Of a stretch of DNA of 64,000 nt, positions 31,960 to 43,194 are shown piece after piece (positions within the stretch are counted from its first letter, which is position 1; each line of letters begins with the position of its first letter). The position numbers and the translations under genes were made by a program. Source of the stretch: TPA_inf: Saccharomyces (taxonomy: Eukaryota). The notes under the pieces were generated by a model that did not search any database, was not told the origin of the DNA, and worked only from the letters and a program-made list of their open reading frames with translations. The stretch covers positions 512,001-576,000 of the forward strand of contig BK006943.2 of the NCBI GenBank assembly GCA_000146045.2, written 5' to 3'.

Positions 31960-32061
31960 TAGGCGTGGTGCTAAAGATGGCGAAAAAATGTAACGTCTTC
32001 CCAAGAAGTACGCTTCTAAACTAAATATGATTCATAGTGGACAGAAAGATCACCATTTTGA

Positions 32062-32712
32062 ATGATGGGTCGTGGCAAATTAATACTGATAGAAGGATTG
32101 GATAGGACTGGTAAAACCACGCAATGTAATATTCTTTACAAAAAATTGCAACCAAACTGTAAACTATTGAAGTTCCCCGAAAGGTCTACCCGAATCGGAG
32201 GACTCATAAACGAATATTTGACGGATGATAGTTTCCAATTATCAGATCAGGCAATTCACCTCTTGTTTTCGGCAAATAGATGGGAAATAGTTGACAAGAT
32301 AAAGAAAGATTTACTAGAAGGCAAGAACATTGTCATGGACAGATATGTTTATTCTGGAGTGGCATATTCTGCCGCTAAGGGGACAAATGGAATGGATTTG
32401 GATTGGTGCTTGCAACCCGATGTAGGGTTGCTGAAACCGGATTTGACATTATTTTTAAGCACTCAAGATGTCGACAATAACGCCGAAAAATCTGGATTTG
32501 GTGACGAAAGATACGAAACTGTTAAGTTTCAAGAAAAAGTGAAGCAAACTTTTATGAAGCTATTGGATAAAGAGATAAGGAAAGGCGATGAGTCAATCAC
32601 GATTGTAGACGTTACTAATAAGGGCATTCAGGAAGTTGAAGCGCTTATTTGGCAAATCGTTGAGCCTGTTTTGAGTACGCATATTGATCATGATAAATTT
32701 TCGTTCTTCTAG
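32062..32712 (+). CDS. CDC8: Thymidylate (dTMP) kinase Cdc8, 216 aa
   Basis: [21 protein letters not shown] carries the P-loop, and DRY is the thymidylate-kinase LID/DRx motif. Length is 216 aa. Confidence 0.95.
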
Positions 32713-32731
32713 GAGGATCTGTACATATATC

Positions 32732-33175
32732 CTAGTCTAGTCTATCTAAAATACTTAGTCTTTCTAACAGCATATCCTTTGAAATTTCTTGTATTTCCCC
32801 TCCAATAAACATCTCGTCCATTATCATATAGACTTTGTAAAAGTTGAATACGATATCCAGTTCACAGACATTGCCGAAAAATGCATCTAGCACCTCCACA
32901 AACAGATGGATGTGGCACAAATATATGGGTTCATCGTCAAGTAAGTCCACACCCATGACAAAATACAGACCCGCATACCTCCTGTATATGAGTTTCGTCG
33001 AATCGGAAAACTCTACGAAGTTACTCTGATGCTTATGATCTCTGGAAGATATGAGTCTATAAATCTGCGCAATGGCATCCTGGCTACGCTGAGGATCCGA
33101 ACTGTGTACATCGAACCATCTCACCAACCGCACCACACCCTGCTTATTAAAGCACAGTATAAACTGTACTGCCAT
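32732..33175 (-). CDS. APS2: AP-2 adaptor complex sigma (small) subunit Aps2, 147 aa
   Basis: MAVQFILCFNKQGVVRLVRWF is the adaptin sigma-chain N-terminus. Length is 147 aa. It is convergent with CDC8. Confidence 0.92.
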   Translation of the reverse strand: MAVQFILCFNKQGVVRLVRWFDVHSSDPQRSQDAIAQIYRLISSRDHKHQSNFVEFSDSTKLIYRRYAGLYFVMGVDLLDDEPIYLCHIHLFVEVLDAFFGNVCELDIVFNFYKVYMIMDEMFIGGEIQEISKDMLLERLSILDRLD

Positions 33176-33786
33176 TTTTTTTATCCCTTACAGCAAACAA
33201 GTCTCCGTTCTTCACAAAATAACAGCACCAAACGCTATCTCAAGGCAAACGTTCTTAATGTACCTACTGAATAAACCATTCCTCCCCGTTTGTATCAAAA
33301 GTATCCGAAACTGTTCTATGCGTGCAAAATGATATGTCTTGCAAAACTATTGGAAAGACCCTTCCACTACAGGTACAGTTTAGAAATGCCGGAGCTGCAA
33401 GTACTACGTGCCGGCAGCATGATAAACATACCCGCGTCCTATAGCCATTCAAGCCTACATATATGGTATATACAACATGAACGCTTTAGTACGGTCACCC
33501 CATCTACAAGCATAACCTCTTGGGCAAAGGCGCAAATAGTTGCCACGTGCGAGTGCGGTGCATGGGTGGCTGTCTTTTCGTCATTGGCACGACCCCTTGC
33601 AGGTGGGAGGTAGAACCAAATAATATCCGGTTGACGGTAAAAGCAGGTTTATATATAGTGTTAAAGAAAGGTATTGTCACATCCCGTCGCTACCCTTATC
33701 CAAACCACGATATCGCACGCACACCAGGAAAGTAAAGTTGTGTAAGCCGTAGCAGTTTTTTACAGGTTAACCGATTGAATAAGATA

Positions 33787-36243
33787 ATGGCGGGAAACGG
33801 TAAGGACAAAGAGGTAGATAAAAGTCCCTCTGTTAGTACTTTGAAACTATTGGGAAAACGCCTGTTTAATTCCAGCAGTCACACGGATAACTCTTCGTTA
33901 CTGCTTAGTGCCGAACAATTGGGCAATGGGAGAAGTTTAAGAAAAAGGCCAACGTCTCCGTCCATTAGTGGCAGTGGTAGCGGTGGTAATTCACCTTCGT
34001 CTTCTGCTGGGGCACGGCAGAGATCTGCTTCTTTACATAGAAGAAAAAACAATGCTTCTGTAGGATTTTCAAATGGGTCTGTGTCGTCACACAAGTCCTC
34101 TGTCGCATTGCAGGACTTAATTAAACATAATAATAACCCTTACTTGAACTCTCCCTCTGATATTCTGGGCACAGGTACTGGCATTGCCTCGACAAGAGAT
34201 AGGGATAGAGCAGTTTTGGATAGAGAAAAGGAAAAAGAAAGGGCGAGAAACAAAGAAAGAAATACTCATCACGCGGGCTTACCGCAAAGGTCTAATAGCA
34301 TGGCTAGTCACCATTTTCCCAACGAGAATATAGTTTATAATCCATACGGCATAAGCCCAAACCATGCTAGGCCAGATACTGCATTTGCAGACACTCTGAA
34401 TACGAATAAGGAGAACGATTTGAGTTTTTACATGCATGATGGTAACAGCAAGATACGGATGTTGCCCCTTCCAATTGCTAATCCGAACGATTTTTTGCCC
34501 GAAGATATGAAACAATATAGTGTCCATTTAACGGATAATTTCGTATTTGATACGGACAATAAACCTATTGGTTCGGGTGGGTCTAGTGAAGTTAGAAAGG
34601 TTAAATCAAGTTACAGGCAAAAGGATGTTTACGCTCTAAAAAAACTGAATATGATATACCACGAGTCACCCGAGAAGTTTTACAAGAGATGCTCCAAAGA
34701 ATTCATCATAGCTAAGCATTTAAGTCATAACGTTCACATCACGAATACTTTTTATCTTCTAAAAGTTCCCACGACCACATATACAACTCGTGGTTGGGGG
34801 TTTATTATGGAACTAGGTGTTAAGGACCTCTTCCAACTGATGGAAAGAACAGGCTGGAAGAACGTTCCCTTCAATGAAAAATATTGTCTTTTCAAACAAG
34901 TGGCCCAAGGTATTAAGTTTTGTCATGACAATGGTATTGCTCACCGTGATTTGAAGCCCGAAAATGTTTTAATTTCTAAAGAAGGTATATGCAAATTGAC
35001 GGATTTCGGTATTTCTGATTGGTACCATGTGATACCTCATGACTACACTAGTCCAGTGAAAACATGCCAAGGTATGATTGGCTCTCCACCATACACTCCG
35101 CCAGAGGTAATGTACTTCGATGCCAAGAAGCACTACCCCGAAAAGTTCCAAAAACCCTATAATCCGTTGGCCATGGATTCCTATGCCCTCGGAATCATGC
35201 TGATTACCATGATTAACAATATCATCCCCTTCATCGATTCTTGTAACACTGATGCGAGATTCAGGGAATTTGAAGTGTCATATGACAACTTCATCAATCA
35301 TCAAAACCCACATTTCAGGGACAAGGGCTGCCACAAGCCGGGTCCTGGTTCCGAATACTCTTTAGCAAGAAATTTCAAGAATACTGATGCCACGCGTATC
35401 GCATGGAGATTGGCTGACCCGAACCCTGCAACTAGATATACAATGGATGATTTATTTAATGATCCGTTTTTCCAACAAATTGAAACATGTGTCGAGCCAA
35501 ATGATGATGACTTAGTAAGGGTTCCTGAATTAAGGAAAAGTACTTCTACCAATGATTTTAGTGAAAATTCATTAGATGCACCCCATGATCAAGAGGTCAT
35601 TCACACGTCTAATCCATTCCTAAAAAAGGAAACGCTCACTTCTAAACCAAGATCGATGTTGGAAATTGCAGAATCTCCTTCCTTGAAACAAAAATCCAAG
35701 GTAAAAGATAGCGCAAAGACCAAAACACACGATGTTGGGGATGAAGGGGGGAATGAAAGCACCAAACCTAAGCAGCAAGATAAAAAGGAAAATTTGAAGA
35801 AAGATGAGGTCAAGAACGGCGACAAGGACAAAGTCATTGAAGAGGCTACCACGACTAATGTGGACAGCATATTGGAAAAACCAACACCAACCTCCACAAA
35901 AGTAGAGGACAACTTAAGCGAAGATGATTCCACAATGAAGGAATTAAAGTCGATGCTAAACTCCACCCCTACTACACCAACACATAATGGCCCCACTCCG
36001 CTCCCTGCAAAGGCTGGCACTCAATTAGATAAGCGTATGAGCGACCTATCACTCAAATCGGAAACACCGGCTTCTACAAAGAACTTTAGCGCACCGAATG
36101 TTTCGTCATCAAGCAATTCACTGAGAAGCCTCGGAAGTCCAAGCGTGTCATCCTCGAAAAAGAAGAAGGTAATTCACCACCACTTGGACATTACCAACAG
36201 CGTTACAAACATGTCATCCGTGAGCGCCTTTATCTCAAGATAG
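33787..36243 (+). CDS. PTK2: Ser/Thr protein kinase Ptk2 (regulator of Pma1/polyamine transport), 818 aa
   Basis: Kinase subdomains are present (VAIK-like ALKKL, HRDLKPEN, DFG, SPPYTPPE). The ATG at 33787 (MAGNGKDKEV) gives 818 aa. The track ORF begins 12 nt upstream at a TTG. Confidence 0.9.
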   Translation: MAGNGKDKEVDKSPSVSTLKLLGKRLFNSSSHTDNSSLLLSAEQLGNGRSLRKRPTSPSISGSGSGGNSPSSSAGARQRSASLHRRKNNASVGFSNGSVSSHKSSVALQDLIKHNNNPYLNSPSDILGTGTGIASTRDRDRAVLDREKEKERARNKERNTHHAGLPQRSNSMASHHFPNENIVYNPYGISPNHARPDTAFADTLNTNKENDLSFYMHDGNSKIRMLPLPIANPNDFLPEDMKQYSVHLTDNFVFDTDNKPIGSGGSSEVRKVKSSYRQKDVYALKKLNMIYHESPEKFYKRCSKEFIIAKHLSHNVHITNTFYLLKVPTTTYTTRGWGFIMELGVKDLFQLMERTGWKNVPFNEKYCLFKQVAQGIKFCHDNGIAHRDLKPENVLISKEGICKLTDFGISDWYHVIPHDYTSPVKTCQGMIGSPPYTPPEVMYFDAKKHYPEKFQKPYNPLAMDSYALGIMLITMINNIIPFIDSCNTDARFREFEVSYDNFINHQNPHFRDKGCHKPGPGSEYSLARNFKNTDATRIAWRLADPNPATRYTMDDLFNDPFFQQIETCVEPNDDDLVRVPELRKSTSTNDFSENSLDAPHDQEVIHTSNPFLKKETLTSKPRSMLEIAESPSLKQKSKVKDSAKTKTHDVGDEGGNESTKPKQQDKKENLKKDEVKNGDKDKVIEEATTTNVDSILEKPTPTSTKVEDNLSEDDSTMKELKSMLNSTPTTPTHNGPTPLPAKAGTQLDKRMSDLSLKSETPASTKNFSAPNVSSSSNSLRSLGSPSVSSSKKKKVIHHHLDITNSVTNMSSVSAFISR

Positions 36244-36758
36244 ACGTTAGGACTTCTTTAATTCCCTCTTTTATGCTTTAGTATCGTCATATTCTTTCAT
36301 ACCCTTCCTTATAAGCTTTTTATATAAAATATCCCACCGGGAAAAGATAAAGAACGGAAGATAAATCAAACAATGAAATAAAGCACACACATATAAATCC
36401 ACATATGTACTTATATATTTTACTTCAAACAATAAACAAACATTTTATTATTTATTTTTCCCGTACATCGATGTACGTGATCGGTTTTTCTCATTCCTCT
36501 CGGATCCTTCGGGACCACCATGTCTCACCCACCAAGGTCAAAAAAAAAATAAAATCGGACGAGAAAAGTATTGGGCAAACAACAATTATCCACGTGCTTA
36601 TCACGTTTTTTTATTTAATGTAGAATGTAAACCATTATACCTTAAAGATAAACACTTTGTTAATTAATCATTTTAGTTGGCGGTCATTTTCATTTCTGCT
36701 ACAAGTACCAACATCAAGTGCTTAAAATATAATACGGTTTTCTACACTTTTATTAACG

Positions 36759-37814
36759 ATGAACTCTCTGGCAAATAATAATAAGCTTTCTACTGAGGAT
36801 GAGGAAATCCATTCGGCAAGAAAAAGAGGCTATAACGAGGAGCAGAACTACAGCGAGGCCAGGAAAAAGCAAAGAGATCAAGGCTTGTTGTCACAAGAGA
36901 GCAATGACGGAAATATTGACTCTGCTCTGTTGAGCGAAGGGGCTACGCTAAAAGGGACTCAAAGTCAGTATGAAAGCGGACTGACGTCTAACAAAGATGA
37001 GAAAGGAAGTGATGACGAAGATGCGTCAGTGGCTGAGGCTGCTGTTGCCGCTACCGTCAATTATACAGACTTAATCCAGGGCCAGGAAGATAGTTCTGAT
37101 GCCCACACATCTAATCAAACGAACGCGAATGGTGAGCACAAGGATTCCCTTAATGGGGAAAGAGCCATAACCCCATCAAATGAAGGAGTCAAGCCAAACA
37201 CCTCCCTGGAGGGAATGACGTCTTCACCAATGGAATCTACACAGCAATCTAAAAACGACATGCTCATACCATTGGCAGAACACGATCGTGGGCCAGAACA
37301 CCAACAGGATGATGAAGACAATGATGACGCTGACATTGATCTCAAAAAGGATATAAGCATGCAGCCGGGTCGTCGTGGAAGAAAACCTACTACTTTGGCC
37401 ACAACAGACGAGTGGAAAAAGCAAAGAAAAGACTCCCATAAAGAAGTCGAAAGGCGTCGCCGCGAAAACATCAACACTGCAATCAACGTTTTAAGCGACC
37501 TCCTGCCCGTGAGAGAATCAAGTAAGGCAGCAATATTGGCGTGTGCCGCTGAATACATTCAAAAATTGAAAGAAACCGATGAAGCAAACATCGAAAAGTG
37601 GACGTTACAAAAATTGCTTAGCGAGCAAAACGCATCGCAATTAGCCAGTGCAAATGAGAAACTGCAGGAAGAACTGGGAAATGCTTACAAAGAAATCGAG
37701 TACATGAAACGCGTTTTAAGGAAGGAGGGAATAGAATACGAGGATATGCACACTCACAAGAAACAAGAGAACGAAAGAAAAAGCACTAGGAGCGATAATC
37801 CACATGAGGCTTGA
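36759..37814 (+). CDS. CBF1: Centromere-binding factor 1, a bHLH-zipper protein binding CDEI/CACGTG, 351 aa
   Basis: The basic region HKEVERRRRENINTAINVLSDLLP, the HLH and the C-terminal leucine zipper are present. Length is 351 aa. Confidence 0.95.
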   Translation: MNSLANNNKLSTEDEEIHSARKRGYNEEQNYSEARKKQRDQGLLSQESNDGNIDSALLSEGATLKGTQSQYESGLTSNKDEKGSDDEDASVAEAAVAATVNYTDLIQGQEDSSDAHTSNQTNANGEHKDSLNGERAITPSNEGVKPNTSLEGMTSSPMESTQQSKNDMLIPLAEHDRGPEHQQDDEDNDDADIDLKKDISMQPGRRGRKPTTLATTDEWKKQRKDSHKEVERRRRENINTAINVLSDLLPVRESSKAAILACAAEYIQKLKETDEANIEKWTLQKLLSEQNASQLASANEKLQEELGNAYKEIEYMKRVLRKEGIEYEDMHTHKKQENERKSTRSDNPHEA

Positions 37815-38510
37815 GAGTTAAAAATAGATAGCTAAATGTATTTCGAGTCTCCCTATGTATCTGCGTCTCTGCCCCATAGCACCTCTGTTAAGTTTTTATC
37901 AATATTCCATCGGCATATTTGAAACCGCCCGGATGGTATTAGAGAATCACTCAGCCTCAAACTCAGCAAGTAAAAGAGGACGGGACGGACTTTCAAATAT
38001 GTCTTTGTACGTTATTGTTTTTCATCCCTAAATGGCTTAGTAAAAAAGTTTTGCCAAGAATTTTTTGACGTTCAATGGAAAAATCGCCAAGAGAAATACG
38101 CACAACCTCCGTTTTCCCGCCTTTTATCAAAAAATCTTAGTTTTCCCTTCCTTTTTTTTTTTTTGGGTCGCAGAAAAGAAAAAAGATAGTAGTGGAGAGG
38201 ATTACCTGAAAAAAACAGGCAAAAACGTCACATCCTTGAAGGTCCGCGACAATCACGGGCCTATTTCTACTTTGGGGCTTTGCTTGATTATTTAAGAAGA
38301 AACATTGGACGAAGATCAAGTAAGAGTGCACTTGTCTTTAGTCTGGCATTCCGCTATTTGTATCTTATATAGTTAACAACAACTGTTATTTACTTTCTGG
38401 AAAACAACCAACGTTTATTTTTATGAATTAGAATCATTGAGATTGTCTAAACGAGAGGAAGAGAAAGAAAGAGAGAAAGAGAAAAGAAAGCGAAGCAAGA
38501 TACAATTCCA

Positions 38511-41318
38511 ATGATGTTATCACTGCGCAGGTTCTCCATGTACGTTTTGAGATCTCTGCGGCTTCACTTTAAAAAGATAATCATTACTCTTCTAACTATC
38601 CAGTTACTATTCATTACCATATTTGTATTGGGCGGTCGCTCGTCGATTATTGACGGTAACTGGAAGTCATTCATGGCGCTCTTTTTCAAACCGCTTGCTT
38701 ACACTAACAGAAACAACAACCATGCTTCTTTCGATCTGAGATCAAAAGACAACGTAGCCAAACTTTACGAAAAAATGAATTTTGATACTTCAGGCAAATG
38801 GATCGACACGTACACCTTGAAGAATAATCTTCTCACTGTGAAAATGGGTCCTGAAAAAGGGCAAGTTCTTGATTCGGTAGATGAATTGAGATATTACGAT
38901 AACGACCCAAGGCTGGTATGGTCAGTTTTACTAGATCACTTATTAGAATCAGATTCCAATGAATACGCATTTTCGTGGTACGATTGGGCTAATTTTGACT
39001 CTACAAACAAACTCATTGCACTGAGACACACGAACATATCTTGCCAGTTCGTTTGCGAGGGTGCCTTTGATAAAAATGTGCTAGAAATGGTAGAGAGTGA
39101 AGTCCAAGAGCCTTTATTCGTCACAAATAGGAATAAATATGACGAATCGCTCTGGTACAACAGGGTAAGAAAGGTTGTCGATTCTAATTCTGTGCAGCAA
39201 GCCATACATGATCACTGCATGAATAATGACGCGTATTCCAATGGTACTCCCTTCGAATTGCCTTTTATCATAAGCGAAATTTCTGAAAGGTTGAGGCCAG
39301 AAGTGTATGACTTACAAGCCAAAAACCACTTGTTATATTCTAACTTTACTCCACTGTCATTAACCGTACTGGACAGCGATAAAGATGCATACAGAATCAA
39401 TTTGAAGACAACAGACTCTTCCAAATCAAATATAGTACAGACAAATCTACTACAGAATTACATTAAGAGGCACAGAAATGAAATGGTAAATGGCGACCTC
39501 ATTTTCAACCACACTTCCATGTTTGAAAAATTTTTACATCATGGATCCACTAAAAAAAGGAAACTTGACGTTGAAGCGTTGGATAAAACAATATACGCTG
39601 GAGAGTATCTAGAACTATCACCATCTGATTTCCAATTCAATGCAAAAGAGAGGATCATTGAATTAGAGACCAGGCTCAGGTCTGAAGGCCTACCATCTCA
39701 TGATACCCACTATTTACGAAGTTTAAAGACGTCCGTAAATACGTCCCCTGCATTACAGCAAAAGTATTTCGCAGAGGCCTCTGATATTACGGACGCGACT
39801 GCCGATGGTCATCATAGAGACAGGCGATTTTTCTCAATCGGACATAATCTCCTAAATGACCCTCAGGAGTTTGAAGCAAGATTGAATTCTTTGATCAGAA
39901 ATTTTCAGAAATTTGTTAAGGCTAACGGATTAATTTCCTGGCTATCGCATGGTACATTGTATGGATATCTATATGATGGTCTGAAGTTTCCCTGGGATGT
40001 CGACCATGATTTACAGATGCCCATTAAACATTTACATTACTTGAGTCAATATTTCAACCAATCCCTAATATTAGAAGATCCAAGAGAAGGTAATGGAAGA
40101 TTCTTACTAGATGTAGGAAGCGCAATTACGGTAGGAGTTCATGGGAACGGCGAAAACAATATTGATGCTCGTTTCATCGATATTGACTCAGGTATATACA
40201 TTGACATCACGGGACTTAGCGTTAGTTCCGATGCGGCTAAACAGTACATGTCCAAATTTGTAGAAGAAGAAAGCTCGGGCGAAAGCTTTTCTGCCCTTAT
40301 TGAAGACTATAAGTTTGACGAAAACGACTATTTTGACGAGGTGGATGGTAGAGAAGGTTTAGCTAAATATACCATACATGAATTAATGGAATGGGTTAAT
40401 TCTCATCCAGACGACTTTACGGATGCAGAAAAGAATTTAGTCACCAAAACATACAAGAAAGAGCTTGCAATTTCGAGAAGCGATTATGCTGAAAAAGACT
40501 TGTCTCCGAAACAAAGGTATTTGGTAAATGAGAAGTATAACCTTTACAATTGTAGAAACCAGCATTTTTCCAGTCTAAACATCATATCACCCTTGAGAAA
40601 TACAATGTTCAGCGGTGTGTCAGCATTTGTTCCTAATAGGCCCATAGCAACATTGAATAATGAGTATAAAGTTCCGGCAAAATACGGGCTTTTGTCATTC
40701 CAAGGTAAGGTGTATTTACCGGAATTCAGATACTGGTTCTCGTTTGCAGACATGAAGAAGTTTGCAAATTTGCAGCTGAAAGAACCCAAGATAACACGAC
40801 TGGAAAGTCCCTTAAATGATTTAAAATTCAGCGACATAAGCCTACTGATAACAAACATTTTAAAATGTGGGTTTCACTCCGTATTTGCCAGCTTATTTAA
40901 TTCTTTTGACAGTACTGTTTACAGACTCAAAGAGCTTGAAATACAGTATGATCCTAGCTTGAGTGAGGAAGAAAAAAGTAGTCTATTAAAAACTCTACGG
41001 CGAGGAATGTCAAAAAAAATAAAATCACCAGAAAAAGATCCGATCATATATATATACGAAAGAAAGTTATGGGAAAACGTGGAAAAGTTGTTGAATGCGT
41101 CAAACATCTACAACATTGCTTCACAAGTTGAGAAGGAAAAAGGTAAAGAGTTTGTTGAACGGTCCCAGCAAGTATATGAAAGAAACTTTGACGGCTTCAG
41201 ACTTCCCGATGGCGGCAACAGTAAGACTGTAAATGATCTGAATTCTAAGGGCTTAAATCTCTTTGGTGATAATAAGAAAACTTCAAACAATATATTTGGT
41301 TCAGACCAAAAATATTAA
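38511..41318 (+). CDS. Type II membrane protein, paralogue of Mnn4 (LicD/fukutin-related; mannosylphosphorylation of glycans), YJR061W, 935 aa
   Basis: 935-aa ORF with an N-terminal signal-anchor (LLTIQLLFITIFVLGG) and a large lumenal domain. Length and position match YJR061W. Confidence 0.85.
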   Translation: MMLSLRRFSMYVLRSLRLHFKKIIITLLTIQLLFITIFVLGGRSSIIDGNWKSFMALFFKPLAYTNRNNNHASFDLRSKDNVAKLYEKMNFDTSGKWIDTYTLKNNLLTVKMGPEKGQVLDSVDELRYYDNDPRLVWSVLLDHLLESDSNEYAFSWYDWANFDSTNKLIALRHTNISCQFVCEGAFDKNVLEMVESEVQEPLFVTNRNKYDESLWYNRVRKVVDSNSVQQAIHDHCMNNDAYSNGTPFELPFIISEISERLRPEVYDLQAKNHLLYSNFTPLSLTVLDSDKDAYRINLKTTDSSKSNIVQTNLLQNYIKRHRNEMVNGDLIFNHTSMFEKFLHHGSTKKRKLDVEALDKTIYAGEYLELSPSDFQFNAKERIIELETRLRSEGLPSHDTHYLRSLKTSVNTSPALQQKYFAEASDITDATADGHHRDRRFFSIGHNLLNDPQEFEARLNSLIRNFQKFVKANGLISWLSHGTLYGYLYDGLKFPWDVDHDLQMPIKHLHYLSQYFNQSLILEDPREGNGRFLLDVGSAITVGVHGNGENNIDARFIDIDSGIYIDITGLSVSSDAAKQYMSKFVEEESSGESFSALIEDYKFDENDYFDEVDGREGLAKYTIHELMEWVNSHPDDFTDAEKNLVTKTYKKELAISRSDYAEKDLSPKQRYLVNEKYNLYNCRNQHFSSLNIISPLRNTMFSGVSAFVPNRPIATLNNEYKVPAKYGLLSFQGKVYLPEFRYWFSFADMKKFANLQLKEPKITRLESPLNDLKFSDISLLITNILKCGFHSVFASLFNSFDSTVYRLKELEIQYDPSLSEEEKSSLLKTLRRGMSKKIKSPEKDPIIYIYERKLWENVEKLLNASNIYNIASQVEKEKGKEFVERSQQVYERNFDGFRLPDGGNSKTVNDLNSKGLNLFGDNKKTSNNIFGSDQKY

Positions 41319-41475
41319 AAAACGTTCCCTTATCCTTCGGAATAGGATAATAACAAAAACCATTATTTATTCATTCTTGCCTCACTTAAATTCGGCCCTT
41401 ACGGCGACATTTCAATAACATAAATATGCGTGTAACCTTATTAATTTATAATGTCTAATTTATTATAATATTCCT

Positions 41476-42849
41476 TCACCTAAACACTTCAAATTGGACC
41501 TCACGCAATATAGCGCCTTCTAGACCCTTGCCCAAATTACCCAGCAACTCTACGCTTTCATTGAGAGAATCAAGCGAACTCTCATCATCATCCTGTGAAC
41601 CTTTAGGTTTTTTACCGTTAAATTTATAAATGCCAGAACTTCCTGCAAAAATCGTGGTACCATCTTCAGTACCACATCTGTTAGCTAGCACCAAAATCGC
41701 ATTCTTTCCTTGGAACTTCCAAGGCTGTCCAAGGGAGGTTCCCAAAAATGTCTTTTCCAGTACTGTATCCTTTATCACTTCCTCAGAATCCAATAAGTCT
41801 ATTGTGTCCTCCTTGTGCTTTCCATCTTTATAATATTCATGATCTAGGGGCATTCTAGTTTTGCCCAAAATGCTTTCGATAAGAGATGAATTTTTAAACC
41901 AATTAATTCTGGATTTAAAGTACAAAAAAGGAAAAAATCGTAGAATCCAGTAGTTTACGTTTGACATATCTGGTTCATCCATATCCTTATATTCACTTGT
42001 ACTGTCGTCAGAAGGCACTCTGGGCGTACGTTGCGAATCACCAATTTTAAGCTGGTAAATTCCTTGAGATCCTGCCAAAGGCAACCCTTGCTCCTTTAAA
42101 GCGAAAGCTATTTTGTTCTTAGCGGCTTCTAATAATGAATTGTTATGTAACGTCTGTTTGTCTGTGATAGAAGTAGAGTTTAACCACGCCATTGGACATA
42201 GAATCAATTCAACATTATTGTCAACGCAAAAAGAAGAGAATTCAAAGTGATTAAAGGGGGCCATGAATTTGTAGGGACTTAAGTCCATACAAATACCTAT
42301 TGATGCTTTCAAAGTCACATCTCTGTTGTAAGAGTCCTCATTAGAAAGCTTAGCACACTTTGAAAAATCCATGGGAAACGTCTGAAATCCCTCTGGATTC
42401 TCCTCGCAATCCCAATTCATTTCTGTATCATAGAGAAAAGTCTTTCTGTAATTAAAGATCTGCTCCCCCTGCGGATTTACTACCAGGGCAGAATTGTATA
42501 GCTTCTGTTCATCATCATCTTCAGGATATCCTATTATAGTGTAGCATTGAAATTTCTCGGATATTGATTTAGCCAGTTCAAAAGAGGGCCCTTCATCTTT
42601 CTTAGTAACATAAGGTAAAATATCTTTTCTGGCATGAAAACTGTAACCTGTCAATGCAAATTCGGGGAATAGTATTATGTCTGGTTTCACATAGGTGGCA
42701 CTTTTCGTAACTTTATCCAATATTGACCATGTTCTCTTAATTGTTTGATCTACTTGCCCAATTTGCGGATTGAGTTGAATTACTAGTACCTTTAGTGATA
42801 CTAAAAGTTTTGTGCTCATCTTAGCACCATGAATTGCGTCTATTAGCAT
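41476..42849 (-). CDS. NTA1: N-terminal amidase Nta1 (Arg/N-degron pathway; CN-hydrolase fold), 457 aa
   Basis: 457-aa ORF with a nitrilase-superfamily region (EFALTGY...K...C triad context). Length and position are exact for NTA1. Confidence 0.88.
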   Translation of the reverse strand: MLIDAIHGAKMSTKLLVSLKVLVIQLNPQIGQVDQTIKRTWSILDKVTKSATYVKPDIILFPEFALTGYSFHARKDILPYVTKKDEGPSFELAKSISEKFQCYTIIGYPEDDDEQKLYNSALVVNPQGEQIFNYRKTFLYDTEMNWDCEENPEGFQTFPMDFSKCAKLSNEDSYNRDVTLKASIGICMDLSPYKFMAPFNHFEFSSFCVDNNVELILCPMAWLNSTSITDKQTLHNNSLLEAAKNKIAFALKEQGLPLAGSQGIYQLKIGDSQRTPRVPSDDSTSEYKDMDEPDMSNVNYWILRFFPFLYFKSRINWFKNSSLIESILGKTRMPLDHEYYKDGKHKEDTIDLLDSEEVIKDTVLEKTFLGTSLGQPWKFQGKNAILVLANRCGTEDGTTIFAGSSGIYKFNGKKPKGSQDDDESSLDSLNESVELLGNLGKGLEGAILREVQFEVFR

Positions 42850-43194
42850 TCACTGAATGTCACGATAGAGTTATCGCTGTAAACTAGCACTTTTTAGCAT
42901 TGAAATGCTTAAAATGTGTGAAACTAAAGTGGTTTTATTTCCAAAGAAGGGTTATCCCTTACTAGGGCAACGAATGAATATCTATTAGGGCTATAAAACA
43001 AAAATAGTTAAGTGAGATATATACCCTCTTGAATGGTGCAGGGTAAATAATTATATATCGTTACGAACGAAAGATGAAAAATATGAAAAAAAAAAAAATC
43101 AAATTTATGTCAAGTGAAGGGCATTGCATGGCAAGTGTAAAGAATCCAAGAAGAAAAGAAAGGCTTAAAGCAATCCAGGTTAGTACTTATAAGA

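Noticed and set aside
35601-36020. 139-aa antisense ORF in the PTK2 C-terminal region
   Set aside because: Nested antisense with a low-complexity translation. The PTK2 sense frame is continuous.
37115-37558. 147-aa antisense ORF inside CBF1
   Set aside because: Nested antisense to the bHLH region of CBF1, where the sense frame carries the recognisable motifs.
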